Made by a program: the position numbers and the translations under genes. The notes below the pieces were generated by a model, which saw nothing but the letters and a program-made list of their open reading frames with translations, searched no databases and was not told the origin of the DNA. From an uncultured Bacilli bacterium (GTDB lineage: Bacteria; Bacillota_I; Bacilli_A; RFN20; CAG-288), in the NCBI GenBank assembly GCA_963544395.1, contig CAUUFA010000006.1:37997-101996 (forward strand): 64,000 nucleotides of DNA, in the 5' to 3' direction. Shown here in pieces: positions 20,096 to 27,789 of this stretch (position 1 is its first letter; each line of letters opens with the position of its first letter).

Positions 20096-20551
20096 ATGAA
20101 CAATAACGAAAGATCACTGGTCGATACGGCGTACGATATTCTCAGCGAGGCCTATGCCGCTAACGGAAACAAATCTGTTCCCATGGCCTTCAATGAGCTT
20201 GTCTACGAGATCGGTCAGAGAAAAGGCTTAGCCGAAAATCAGCTCATCGACCTCGCCTCTTCCATCTACACCATCCTCACGACGGATGGCAGATTTGTCA
20301 TCAAAGGCGAGAACAAGTGGGTGCTCAAAGAGCACGTCCTCTACAAGGATATCCACATCGATATGAACGATGCCTACGATATCGAAGAAGAGGAGGATGA
20401 GGACGAAGATAAGAAGAAATCCTCTGAAGACGGCGATGAGGAGTCCGAAGAGGATGAGGATTCTGAGTCGAAGGAAGATGAGCTCGGCATCGAAGGTGCC
20501 GATGATGAAGCTCCGGTCACATCCGGAGATGAAGAAGACGAAAACAACTGA
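20096..20551 (+). CDS. rpoE: DNA-directed RNA polymerase delta subunit
   Basis: An N-terminal HARE-HTH-like domain is followed by a long Asp/Glu-rich tail (EEEEDEDEDKK...EEDENN). The ATG at 20096 follows AAGGAG. An alternative start is at 20069. Confidence 0.85.
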   Translation: MNNNERSLVDTAYDILSEAYAANGNKSVPMAFNELVYEIGQRKGLAENQLIDLASSIYTILTTDGRFVIKGENKWVLKEHVLYKDIHIDMNDAYDIEEEEDEDEDKKKSSEDGDEESEEDEDSESKEDELGIEGADDEAPVTSGDEEDENN

Positions 20552-20622
20552 ACCACAAGATTCCGTTATTCGGAAAAGCCCCAGCACGGGCTTTTCTTTT
20601 TCTCAACGAAGGAGGTATTGAG

Positions 20623-21579
20623 ATGTCTTATTTTGATCAGCAGGCCGAGATGGTGTTCTCTCGCATCGAGAAGGCAGAGAGCATCGTCATCTTCGGTCAC
20701 AAGAATCCCGACGGCGATTGTGTCGGCAGCGTGAAGGGGCTTAAAGCCGCCCTTCGCTCTTATTTTCCGGAGAAGAAGATCTATGGTGTCGGCACCATCC
20801 CAAGCTATCTTCCGACCTCGTTTATCGAGCCCGGAGATGAAGTGTCGGATGAGGTCGTTAAGGACTCCCTTGCCGTCATGGTGGATCTATCCGATTTGGA
20901 CCGAGTCGAGGATCAACGGATCCGTTTCGCCAAGGAGATCGTCTGCATCGATCATCATGTAGCGGATAAAGAGGTGCTTTTCCCGATCGTGAGAGATGTT
21001 TCTGCTCCTTCTGCCACCTTCATCCTGACCAAGCTGCTGCTAGCCCGTTATGGTTCCTTATCCGATGAAGCGGCACGCTATCTTTATCTTGGCTTAGTCA
21101 CAGACAGCGGACGCTTCCAGTTCGATTCAAGGCCTGAAGTCTTCCGCATCGCCTCGCTTCTCACGGCCCATGATTTTTCCACGCGCGATCTCTACAATGA
21201 ACTCTATCAGCAGAAAGGGATCGATCTGAGGTTCCGTTCTTTCATTTACTCCCATTTCGTCGAGACTGAAAAGGTGGTTTACTGTATCGTGGCCAAAGCC
21301 GATTATGAGGCTTTAGGACTCACAGAGCAGGAAGCCGGTGGAAAGGTCAACCTTTTAGCACTGCTAGATCATCATCCGATGTGGTGCACTTTCACCGAGC
21401 TCTCTGACGGAACGGTCAGAACAGAGTTACGCAGCGATGGCACCTACAACGTTCAGCAGGCAGCGGTCAACTTCGGCGGCGGAGGACATGTCCCCGCTTC
21501 AGGCTGCACCTTAAAAAGCCTCTCGGAATGTCAGGCTGTCATCGATTATCTCAACGGCATGGATCCGATTCAGAAATGA
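20623..21579 (+). CDS. nrnA: DHH/DHHA1 phosphoesterase, NrnA-like (nanoRNase / pAp phosphatase)
   Basis: It has the motifs GHKNPDGDCVGS, CIDHHV and GGGGHVPASG. Confidence 0.85.
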   Translation: MSYFDQQAEMVFSRIEKAESIVIFGHKNPDGDCVGSVKGLKAALRSYFPEKKIYGVGTIPSYLPTSFIEPGDEVSDEVVKDSLAVMVDLSDLDRVEDQRIRFAKEIVCIDHHVADKEVLFPIVRDVSAPSATFILTKLLLARYGSLSDEAARYLYLGLVTDSGRFQFDSRPEVFRIASLLTAHDFSTRDLYNELYQQKGIDLRFRSFIYSHFVETEKVVYCIVAKADYEALGLTEQEAGGKVNLLALLDHHPMWCTFTELSDGTVRTELRSDGTYNVQQAAVNFGGGGHVPASGCTLKSLSECQAVIDYLNGMDPIQK

Positions 21580-22361
21580 GCTACGACGCATATCTGGAAG
21601 CGATGCTTGCGGCAGGAAAGAAAGCCAGCCAGGAAGTGCTTCGCATCTATCAGAGCGGATTCCATGTGGAGCTTAAGTCTGACAGCTCACCGGTGACGGA
21701 TGCCGATCTCGCTTCCGATAAGATCATCCGCTCTCAGCTATCCCGCTTTGACGAAATCGCCTGGCTGTCAGAGGAAGATCAGGATGATCTCTCCCGCCTT
21801 TCTTCCTCGCTTGTCTTCATCATCGATCCCTTGGATGGGACCGCGGATTTTGTCCGTCGTGACGACTCTTTCGGCATCAATATTGCCCTTGTTGAGAACG
21901 GTCATCCCATCATCAGCGTCGTCATGGTTCCGGCAAGGCGTTCTTATGCCTATGCCATCAGAGGCAAAGGATCCTATTATGTCGATGAAAACGGGAAAGA
22001 GACGAGGCTTCATGTCTCAGACCGGACAAAGGACCTCATTATTTTGGAGTCGCTTGCCCATGTGATGGAAGAGGAGAAAGACGTCTACAAGAGACACGCT
22101 GATCTCATCAAGGAAGTCATATCTTCAGGTGCTTCTACAAAAGCCATTCTCTTAGCTTCCGGGAAAGCCGATGCCTCTGTCAGGTATACAACTCATACGA
22201 AAGAGTGGGATGTCTGCGCTCCGGAGCTCATCGTCACCGAAGCCGGTGGGATCTTCACCGATTCCAGAGGAATCCCGTTCCACTACAACCGGGAGAATGT
22301 TTATAATCAGTATGGATACAGCATGTTCAATCGCAAGGAGAACATGATTCTGCTGAAATGA
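21576..22361 (+). CDS. Inositol-monophosphatase-family phosphatase (CysQ / 3'(2'),5'-bisphosphate nucleotidase-like)
   Basis: It has WLSEED, IIDPLDGT and WDVCAPELIV motifs. The start at MSYDAY overlaps the nrnA stop (ATGA). Confidence 0.8.
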   Translation: MSYDAYLEAMLAAGKKASQEVLRIYQSGFHVELKSDSSPVTDADLASDKIIRSQLSRFDEIAWLSEEDQDDLSRLSSSLVFIIDPLDGTADFVRRDDSFGINIALVENGHPIISVVMVPARRSYAYAIRGKGSYYVDENGKETRLHVSDRTKDLIILESLAHVMEEEKDVYKRHADLIKEVISSGASTKAILLASGKADASVRYTTHTKEWDVCAPELIVTEAGGIFTDSRGIPFHYNRENVYNQYGYSMFNRKENMILLK

Positions 22362-22362
22362 T

Positions 22363-23919
22363 ATGAAACGGAAAAACATTTGGATTCTGCTATCTTCTCT
22401 TCTTCTCGTCTCCTGCCAACGGCACAAGATCTCATCTCCGGTTTCCTCTTTTGGCTCCAGTCGGAATTCTGACTCTAGTCAGACGATCTCTCTGTCGGAT
22501 CACACCAGTCAGACAACATCAAAGCCCTCGGAGGTCACCGTCTTTGCCATCAACGATCTCCACGGGTCTTTGGAGATGGGAAAAAACTATGGTGAGCCTG
22601 GCTTAGCGAGATTAGAGTATGCCATCAAACACGATTCCGATTATCAGGCTTCTTCTTCTCTGATCATCTCCAGCGGCGATTCCTGGCAGGGCGGTTACCT
22701 CAGCTATGAGGAAAAGACGCTCACCGATGAGCTTCTCGATATGATGGGCGTCAAAGCTATGACGATCGGAAACCATGAGTTTGACTGGGGCATTGAGACG
22801 CTGGAGAAGCTTTGCACGGCCTCTCCTTTCCCGATCCTTGGCGCCAATGTCAAAAATTTGGATGGTGTCCGTCCTTCTTTTCTGAAAGCTTCGACAACAG
22901 TTGATGTCGGCGCGGTGAAATACGGAATCATCGGAGCCATCGGCGCCGATCTTGAAGATGACATCGATGTTCAGTCATTGGGCGGATATTCCTTCAGCTC
23001 TGAGCTGAATCTCCTTCAGGATGAAACGAAGAAGCTGAAAGCCGAGGGTTGCGATGTCATTTTCCTCTCTGTTCATGATGATTTTGGAAGCGACTATGTT
23101 CAGTCGATCTCCCAGGCGTTTTCTACCTCAGAGATCGCCGGTATCTTCGGTGGGCATAGCCACCGCCTTCAGAATGTGTATGTCAATGCCATTCCCTATG
23201 TTCAGGGAGGATGCAACTCCTATGGCTATTCGAAGATGACATTCCAGACCAAGGATCAGCAACTTGTTCGGAAATCCTATGTTGATCTCAGAAAGGGAAA
23301 CTACTATTTCAACCTCCAGGATGAGCAGCTCAACGGCAATATCGTCGCCCGGCTTAAGCTGGCGAACCAGAAGCATCATGGTGATCTTCCTATTGCGACC
23401 TGTGAAGGGAATTTTGAACGTGGTTATGAGCTGAGGAAACTCATTCCGGATGCGATGGTCTCCGTTGCCGATTCCTATGGCTGGGGAAACAGACATTCCG
23501 GAAACGAGCTGATCGCTATCCATAATACCGGCGGTATCCGAGCCAATCTGTATTCTGGACCTATCGGATACAAAGAGATTTTCAAAGTCTCCCCGTTTGA
23601 CAACGAAGTGAAGGTCATTGAAAACATTCCGGGTACGAAGATCGCTTCCCTCTTAGGCAATATCAAAAACAGTCACTCCTCTGACTACTATGCCTTCTCC
23701 ACCCAATCCGATGCAGCATTTGACTCATCCAAGGTTTACGATGTCGTCACCATCGATTATGTCTCGATGGGCAACTATTGGAACAAAGCGATCGGGCATG
23801 CTGAACCTCAGCATGATTTAGACAAAGACAACAATCAGCCTGTCTATGCCAGGGATACGATCATCAAATTCATGCTCTCTCACCCTGAGCCGTTCAAAGC
23901 CAAAGATTATCGGTATTGA
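22363..23919 (+). CDS. Surface lipoprotein 5'-nucleotidase / metallophosphoesterase (UshA-like)
   Basis: It has the lipobox LLLVSC, the calcineurin-like motifs INDLHG, GDSWQG and GNHEFD, and a C-terminal 5'-nucleotidase-type domain. Confidence 0.85.
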   Translation: MKRKNIWILLSSLLLVSCQRHKISSPVSSFGSSRNSDSSQTISLSDHTSQTTSKPSEVTVFAINDLHGSLEMGKNYGEPGLARLEYAIKHDSDYQASSSLIISSGDSWQGGYLSYEEKTLTDELLDMMGVKAMTIGNHEFDWGIETLEKLCTASPFPILGANVKNLDGVRPSFLKASTTVDVGAVKYGIIGAIGADLEDDIDVQSLGGYSFSSELNLLQDETKKLKAEGCDVIFLSVHDDFGSDYVQSISQAFSTSEIAGIFGGHSHRLQNVYVNAIPYVQGGCNSYGYSKMTFQTKDQQLVRKSYVDLRKGNYYFNLQDEQLNGNIVARLKLANQKHHGDLPIATCEGNFERGYELRKLIPDAMVSVADSYGWGNRHSGNELIAIHNTGGIRANLYSGPIGYKEIFKVSPFDNEVKVIENIPGTKIASLLGNIKNSHSSDYYAFSTQSDAAFDSSKVYDVVTIDYVSMGNYWNKAIGHAEPQHDLDKDNNQPVYARDTIIKFMLSHPEPFKAKDYRY

Positions 23920-23939
23920 TAGCGAAGCAAAGCGCAGCC

Positions 23940-24467
23940 TCAGAAGATCGGTGCCGCGCTGTTTTTGCCGTTTCCGAAGATGGCTAAGATCGTCATGCCT
24001 AAATAGGAGTTGTAACGGAGAGCTCGCTTGTTGTAGGCAAGATAAGGAGAAGCCTTATCCTCCGGATCAAGCCAGAGGTGCTTTTCTAGGCGCTGATCGA
24101 ATGTCTGATATTTTTCCTGCTTCAGCAGGTTCTTTTCCTTGAGATACTTCCTTAAGTAGATGATGAGGAAGTCGCTCTGACCTTTGGCAGTTCGGATGTC
24201 GGCAGGTGCTTTGGCAAAGCAGTCTTCGTCTGCCTTGATGCTGTCGAGCAGATTCTTTGGAAGATGCCGTTCATCCTGGATCAGGGCATCCCGGACTTCG
24301 ACGATCAGATCCAGCCGTTCTCTCTCATAGGGAACGAGGCGATCGAATTCATTGCGGCATTTTTTCTTAGCGCTCTTCATCAACAGATAAGTGACGAAAG
24401 CGGCTCCGAGATAGAGCACAAGGATTCCGACGATGATTGCGACATAGACCCACCATGGTGTGTTCAT
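23940..24467 (-). CDS. LemA-family membrane protein
   Basis: A single N-terminal TM (WWVYVAIIVGILVLYLGAAFVTYLL) is followed by a LemA-like C-terminus (YNKRALRYNSYLGMTILAIFGNG). The ATG at 24467 has an AAGAGG RBS. Confidence 0.55.
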   Translation of the reverse strand: MNTPWWVYVAIIVGILVLYLGAAFVTYLLMKSAKKKCRNEFDRLVPYERERLDLIVEVRDALIQDERHLPKNLLDSIKADEDCFAKAPADIRTAKGQSDFLIIYLRKYLKEKNLLKQEKYQTFDQRLEKHLWLDPEDKASPYLAYNKRALRYNSYLGMTILAIFGNGKNSAAPIF

Positions 24468-24530
24468 AAAATACCTCTTTTTTCCGTCCGTGCTCCTCTG
24501 GAGACAATCTATTTTAGTATAATGGTTGCA

Positions 24531-25226
24531 ATGAATCAAAAGAATGATTTCGTTTTGCTATTAGCGGGAAACGGGACAAGGATCTATTCCGACATCCATA
24601 TGAAGAAGCAGTTCTATCCGCTGCTTGGGAAAGAGCTGTTCCTTTATCCTTTGGAAACGGCTTTGGAGTCTGGCCTTTTTTCTTCAGTTGTCTTAGTGGT
24701 GGATAGTGAGGATATCTCTCCGGTTAAGACGATTGTGAAACAGAAGATCAAAACCGAAATTCCCATCGCCTATGTGGCTGGTGGAAGAGACAGGAACGAA
24801 TCCGTCTTCCATGGTTTGAAAGTTTTGCGCCCCGGCTTGGAGGATGAGGTTGTCTATATCCACGATGCGGCCAGAGCGCTTCTTCGCAGAGATGTTCTTT
24901 TCCGCCTTGATCAGGCGATGAAGGATCATGATGCCCTGACTGCAGCCATTCCGGTTCACGATTCTCTTTTACGGGAGACAGAAAGCGGGATAGAATATAT
25001 TCCCCGCGACGGGATGTTCCAGATTCAGACCCCGCAGGTGTTCCGCCTGAGGAAGATCCTCTCAATTTATGAACAAGGATACGACCCAAACGACACAGAC
25101 GATTTCCGAAAAGCGGTGAAAGCCAAACTATCCTGCGCCATCGTCCGCGGCGAGAGCGACCTCTTCAAGGTCACGGAGATTGACGATCTGAGACTTCTGG
25201 AAAGTATCCTCCGCGGCAAAGAGTGA
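24531..25226 (+). CDS. ispD: 2-C-methyl-D-erythritol 4-phosphate cytidylyltransferase
   Basis: LLLAGNGTRI...KQFYPLLGKEL and the overall IspD pattern are present. The long ORF from 24264 was rejected because it overlaps the LemA gene. Confidence 0.85.
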   Translation: MNQKNDFVLLLAGNGTRIYSDIHMKKQFYPLLGKELFLYPLETALESGLFSSVVLVVDSEDISPVKTIVKQKIKTEIPIAYVAGGRDRNESVFHGLKVLRPGLEDEVVYIHDAARALLRRDVLFRLDQAMKDHDALTAAIPVHDSLLRETESGIEYIPRDGMFQIQTPQVFRLRKILSIYEQGYDPNDTDDFRKAVKAKLSCAIVRGESDLFKVTEIDDLRLLESILRGKE

Positions 25227-25330
25227 GGAAACTTCTGTTCTCCGCTCATTTTCCTACTCAAGGCAGGGACGATATACTATAATCTATATAATCTAATGTG
25301 CTTTTCGACATAAATTACAGGAGATTCATT

Positions 25331-26623
25331 ATGGTTAAATTTTCTACCTATGGCAAAGTCTTCAGCGAATTAGATTTCACTTCGGTTGATGAGAGAGCGG
25401 CTTTCATCGCCGACGAGATCGAACATCGCACCGGCGAAGGCAGCGATTTCTTAGGCTGGATTGACTATGCCTCTAAACTTCCTTCGGAAGAGATCGAAAG
25501 AATCCGGGCTGCGGCGAAGAAGATCAGAGAGAACTTTGATTGCCTCGTCGTCTGCGGCATCGGCGGATCCTATCTCGGTGCCAGAGCCGTCATCGAAGCG
25601 GTTCAGGGACTCTTCCGCGATGATGAGTTTGAGGTGATCTTCTTCGGCAATACTCTTTCCGCCAGCTACAGCGCCGATATTCTCCGTCACCTGAAGAACA
25701 AGCGGTTTGCGGTCAACGTCATTTCCAAATCCGGTACGACCACCGAGACGGCGGTCGCCTTCCGTCTGCTCAAGGATCTCATGATCCGGAATTTCGGAGA
25801 ATCCTATCTCAGGGAGGCGATCTTTGCGACGACCGATAAGGCGAAGGGTGCCTTGAAAGCCGAAGCCGATAAAGTCGGTTACGAGTGCTTTGTCATCCCC
25901 GATGATGTCGGCGGAAGATTCTCAGTCATCACCCCGGTCGGCTTGCTTCCGATCGCTGTGGCCGGCATCGATCTCAACGCCTTCCTTCAGGGTGTGAGAG
26001 ATGGTGAAAAGGATTATGCCTCCAAAGACTACCGGAAGAATCCTGCTTATCTTTATGGCGCAACTAGATATCTTCTTTCCACCCAGAAGCATTACGCTTC
26101 CGAGATGTTCTGCTCCTACGATCTGCAGAACAAAATGGTCACCGAATGGCTGAAACAGCTCTTTGATGAATCCGAAGGAAAGGACAACAAAGGTACTCTC
26201 TGCTCCTCGGCTATCTTCACCACGGATCTTCACTCGATGGGGCAGTTCATTCAGCAGGGGACTCCGGAGCTCTTTGAGACTCTCTTCGTCTCCGAGCAGC
26301 CGATCTCTGACTGCGAAGTTCCTGCTAACGCCGAGAATCTCGACAACCTTAACTACCTCGCCGGAAAATCTATGTCTTACATCAACGGCAAAGCCTTCCA
26401 GGCGACGTTGAAAGCCCACACGGACGGGCATACCCCGGCCATCGTGCTCAAGACGGAAAAGATGGATGCCTACAACCTCGGCAACCTCATGTACTTCTTC
26501 TTCCGCGCTTGCGCCTTCTCCGCCTATCTGCTCGAAGTCAACCCGTTCAATCAGCCGGGCGTTGAAATCTACAAGTCGAATATGTTCACCCTGCTTGGAA
26601 AACCAGGCTACGGAAACAAGTGA
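25331..26623 (+). CDS. pgi: Glucose-6-phosphate isomerase (short Firmicute type)
   Basis: It has GIGGSYLGARA, ISKSGTTTET and DESEGKDNKG motifs. The ATG at 25331 follows AGGAG. Confidence 0.93.
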   Translation: MVKFSTYGKVFSELDFTSVDERAAFIADEIEHRTGEGSDFLGWIDYASKLPSEEIERIRAAAKKIRENFDCLVVCGIGGSYLGARAVIEAVQGLFRDDEFEVIFFGNTLSASYSADILRHLKNKRFAVNVISKSGTTTETAVAFRLLKDLMIRNFGESYLREAIFATTDKAKGALKAEADKVGYECFVIPDDVGGRFSVITPVGLLPIAVAGIDLNAFLQGVRDGEKDYASKDYRKNPAYLYGATRYLLSTQKHYASEMFCSYDLQNKMVTEWLKQLFDESEGKDNKGTLCSSAIFTTDLHSMGQFIQQGTPELFETLFVSEQPISDCEVPANAENLDNLNYLAGKSMSYINGKAFQATLKAHTDGHTPAIVLKTEKMDAYNLGNLMYFFFRACAFSAYLLEVNPFNQPGVEIYKSNMFTLLGKPGYGNK

Positions 26624-26635
26624 TCTGGCGTATCG

Positions 26636-26667
26636 AAAGAGGGGCGCAAAGCCCCTCTTTTGATTTT
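26636..26667 (+). terminator. Rho-independent terminator after pgi
   Basis: aaagaggggc/gcaaa/gcccctcttt forms a 10-bp stem, followed by tgatttt. Confidence 0.8.
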
Positions 26668-26696
26668 GAGACCCCCGATTGTTCGAGAAAATATAC

Positions 26697-26725
26697 TTGA
26701 ATATCAGCATTTGCTTTGCTACAAT
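26697..26725 (+). promoter_or_regulatory. Sigma-70-type promoter of the tRNA operon
   Basis: A TTGAAT -35 (26697-26702), a 17-nt spacer and a TACAAT -10 (26720-26725) lie about 22 nt upstream of tRNA-Val. Confidence 0.6.
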
Positions 26726-26747
26726 ATCAAAGCGCTGAAATTTCGGC

Positions 26748-26824
26748 GGATGCTTAGCTCAGCTGGTTAGAGCATCGCCTTTACACGGCGGAGGTCAGGG
26801 GTTCGAATCCCTTAGCATCCACCA
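26748..26824 (+). tRNA. tRNA-Val (anticodon UAC), CCA encoded
   Basis: The acceptor stem is GGATGCT/AGCATCC, the anticodon loop is TTTACAC, and the T-arm contains GGTTCGAATCC. Confidence 0.95.
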
Positions 26825-26852
26825 GTATTCAATCTCAGCACTCCAATCAGAT

Positions 26853-26936
26853 GGGCGGTTAGCGAAGTGGCCAAACGCGGCAGACTGTAAATCTGTTCCT
26901 TCGGGTTCCGTGGTTCGAATCCACGACCGCCCACCA
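26853..26936 (+). tRNA. tRNA-Tyr (anticodon GUA), long variable arm, CCA encoded
   Basis: The acceptor stem is GGGCGGT/ACCGCCC, the anticodon loop is CTGTAAA, and the T-arm contains GGTTCGAATCC. Confidence 0.95.
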
Positions 26937-26983
26937 TCTGTCAGACTCGCAGCAATGCGTTTTCTGAAAGACGTCGCCTTGCT

Positions 26984-27058
26984 TGGGGTATAGCCAAGCG
27001 GTAAGGCAGCAGACTTTGACTCTGCTATGCACTGGTTCGAATCCAGTTACCCCAGCCA
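26984..27058 (+). tRNA. tRNA-Gln (anticodon UUG), CCA encoded
   Basis: The acceptor stem is TGGGGTA/TACCCCA and the anticodon stem-loop is GCAGA-CTTTGAC-TCTGC. Confidence 0.95.
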
Positions 27059-27092
27059 TTGATTGCTGTTCAGAGTCAAATCGAGAGTATAT

Positions 27093-27168
27093 GCCTCGTT
27101 AGCTCAGCTGGTAGAGCACTTGACTTTTAATCAAGGGGCCACCGGTTCAAACCCGGTACGAGACACCA
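27093..27168 (+). tRNA. tRNA-Lys (anticodon UUU), CCA encoded
   Basis: The cloverleaf is GCCTCGT-TA-GCTC...CTTGA-CTTTTAA-TCAAG...ACCGG-TTCAAAC-CCGGT-ACGAGAC-ACCA. There is a C2:A71 mismatch in the acceptor stem. Confidence 0.9.
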
Positions 27169-27175
27169 TTCTCTT

Positions 27176-27263
27176 GCCCGGGTGGCGAAATCGGTAGACG
27201 CACAGGATTTAAAATCCTGCGAGCTAATCACTCATGCGGGTTCGATTCCCGCCCCGGGCACCA
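27176..27263 (+). tRNA. tRNA-Leu (anticodon UAA), class II, CCA encoded
   Basis: The acceptor stem is GCCCGGG/CCCGGGC, the anticodon stem-loop is CAGGA-TTTAAAA-TCCTG, and there is a long variable arm. Confidence 0.95.
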
Positions 27264-27312
27264 ACTAACATCAGATGAAATTGAGTTTTTAAGACTCAGA
27301 GCAGAGGATGGT

Positions 27313-27579
27313 GTGCCTCTTGGTGAATTCAACTACGGTTTATACTACCTTTTGTTTGAACATGATGAAAAAACCGCAGAGGAATGGTGGACCAAATTCT
27401 TTTATCACTCCAATGGGTTTGCTCTATGGAAGGCTAGTGGCATATTCGCTTATTTAGGTGATGAGTATTACGAATGGTCCATGAGATGCCTTAGGCGTAG
27501 CGCTTGGAGACAATTTAAAATTTCGAAGATGATGCTCAAGGATATGAAAGAACATCCTTATCAATTTCCTGAGGCATAG
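27313..27579 (+). CDS. Hypothetical 88-aa protein (GTG start), possibly a gene remnant
   Basis: This is the only sizeable ORF in the region and has an AGAGGA 4 nt upstream of the GTG. The Trp/Tyr-rich sequence has no recognisable motif. Confidence 0.35.
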   Translation: MPLGEFNYGLYYLLFEHDEKTAEEWWTKFFYHSNGFALWKASGIFAYLGDEYYEWSMRCLRRSAWRQFKISKMMLKDMKEHPYQFPEA

Positions 27580-27663
27580 AGAGAAGTATTTGAAGAGGAA
27601 AATATTATCTTAAAAATTTGACGATAAAAATCACTCGGGAATGTAGATTATTTAGAGATTTTA

Positions 27664-27678
27664 ATCTATATTATAGAT
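27664..27678. promoter_or_regulatory. Perfect 15-nt palindrome ATCTATA-T-TATAGAT (candidate operator) upstream of the AAA+ gene
   Basis: It was read directly from the sequence and lies about 25 nt upstream of a candidate -35. Confidence 0.35.
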
Positions 27679-27701
27679 AATAGGTTATTTAAATAGAGCT
27701 G

Positions 27702-27729
27702 TTGAGGCAACGTGGAAGAGTAATAAAAT
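27702..27729 (+). promoter_or_regulatory. Candidate promoter for the AAA+/DUF4177 operon
   Basis: TTGAGG (27702-27707), a 16-nt spacer and TAAAAT (27724-27729). Confidence 0.35.
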
Positions 27730-27789
27730 AAATCACATTTCACGTTCACTGCCTCTTATGATAAACTTTTAGAAACGTTGGTGAAAAGT

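Noticed and set aside
24264-24530. Upstream extension of the ispD ORF (start at 24264), and the similar extensions at 17806 (ispF), 21528 (IMPase), 25298 (pgi), 33837 (lipoprotein), 38003 (PLC-like) and 39184 (TSCPD)
   Set aside because: The extensions overlap neighbouring genes or lack an RBS. The internal ATGs give canonical N-termini and have SD sequences or coupling overlaps.
26859-27059. 66-aa minus-strand ORF (MAGVTGFEPV...)
   Set aside because: It spans tRNA-Tyr and tRNA-Gln on the opposite strand and is an artefact of translating tRNA genes.
27279-27290. The 12-mer AATTGAGTTTTT occurs three times on the plus strand (27279-27290, 39159-39170, 44566-44577)
   Set aside because: A rough expectation for some 12-mer occurring three times in 64 kb is not negligible (order 0.1 under uniform composition, higher for a T-run-containing AT-rich word). 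The contexts also differ: after a tRNA, in an intergenic region, and overlapping a stop codon. It is probably chance.
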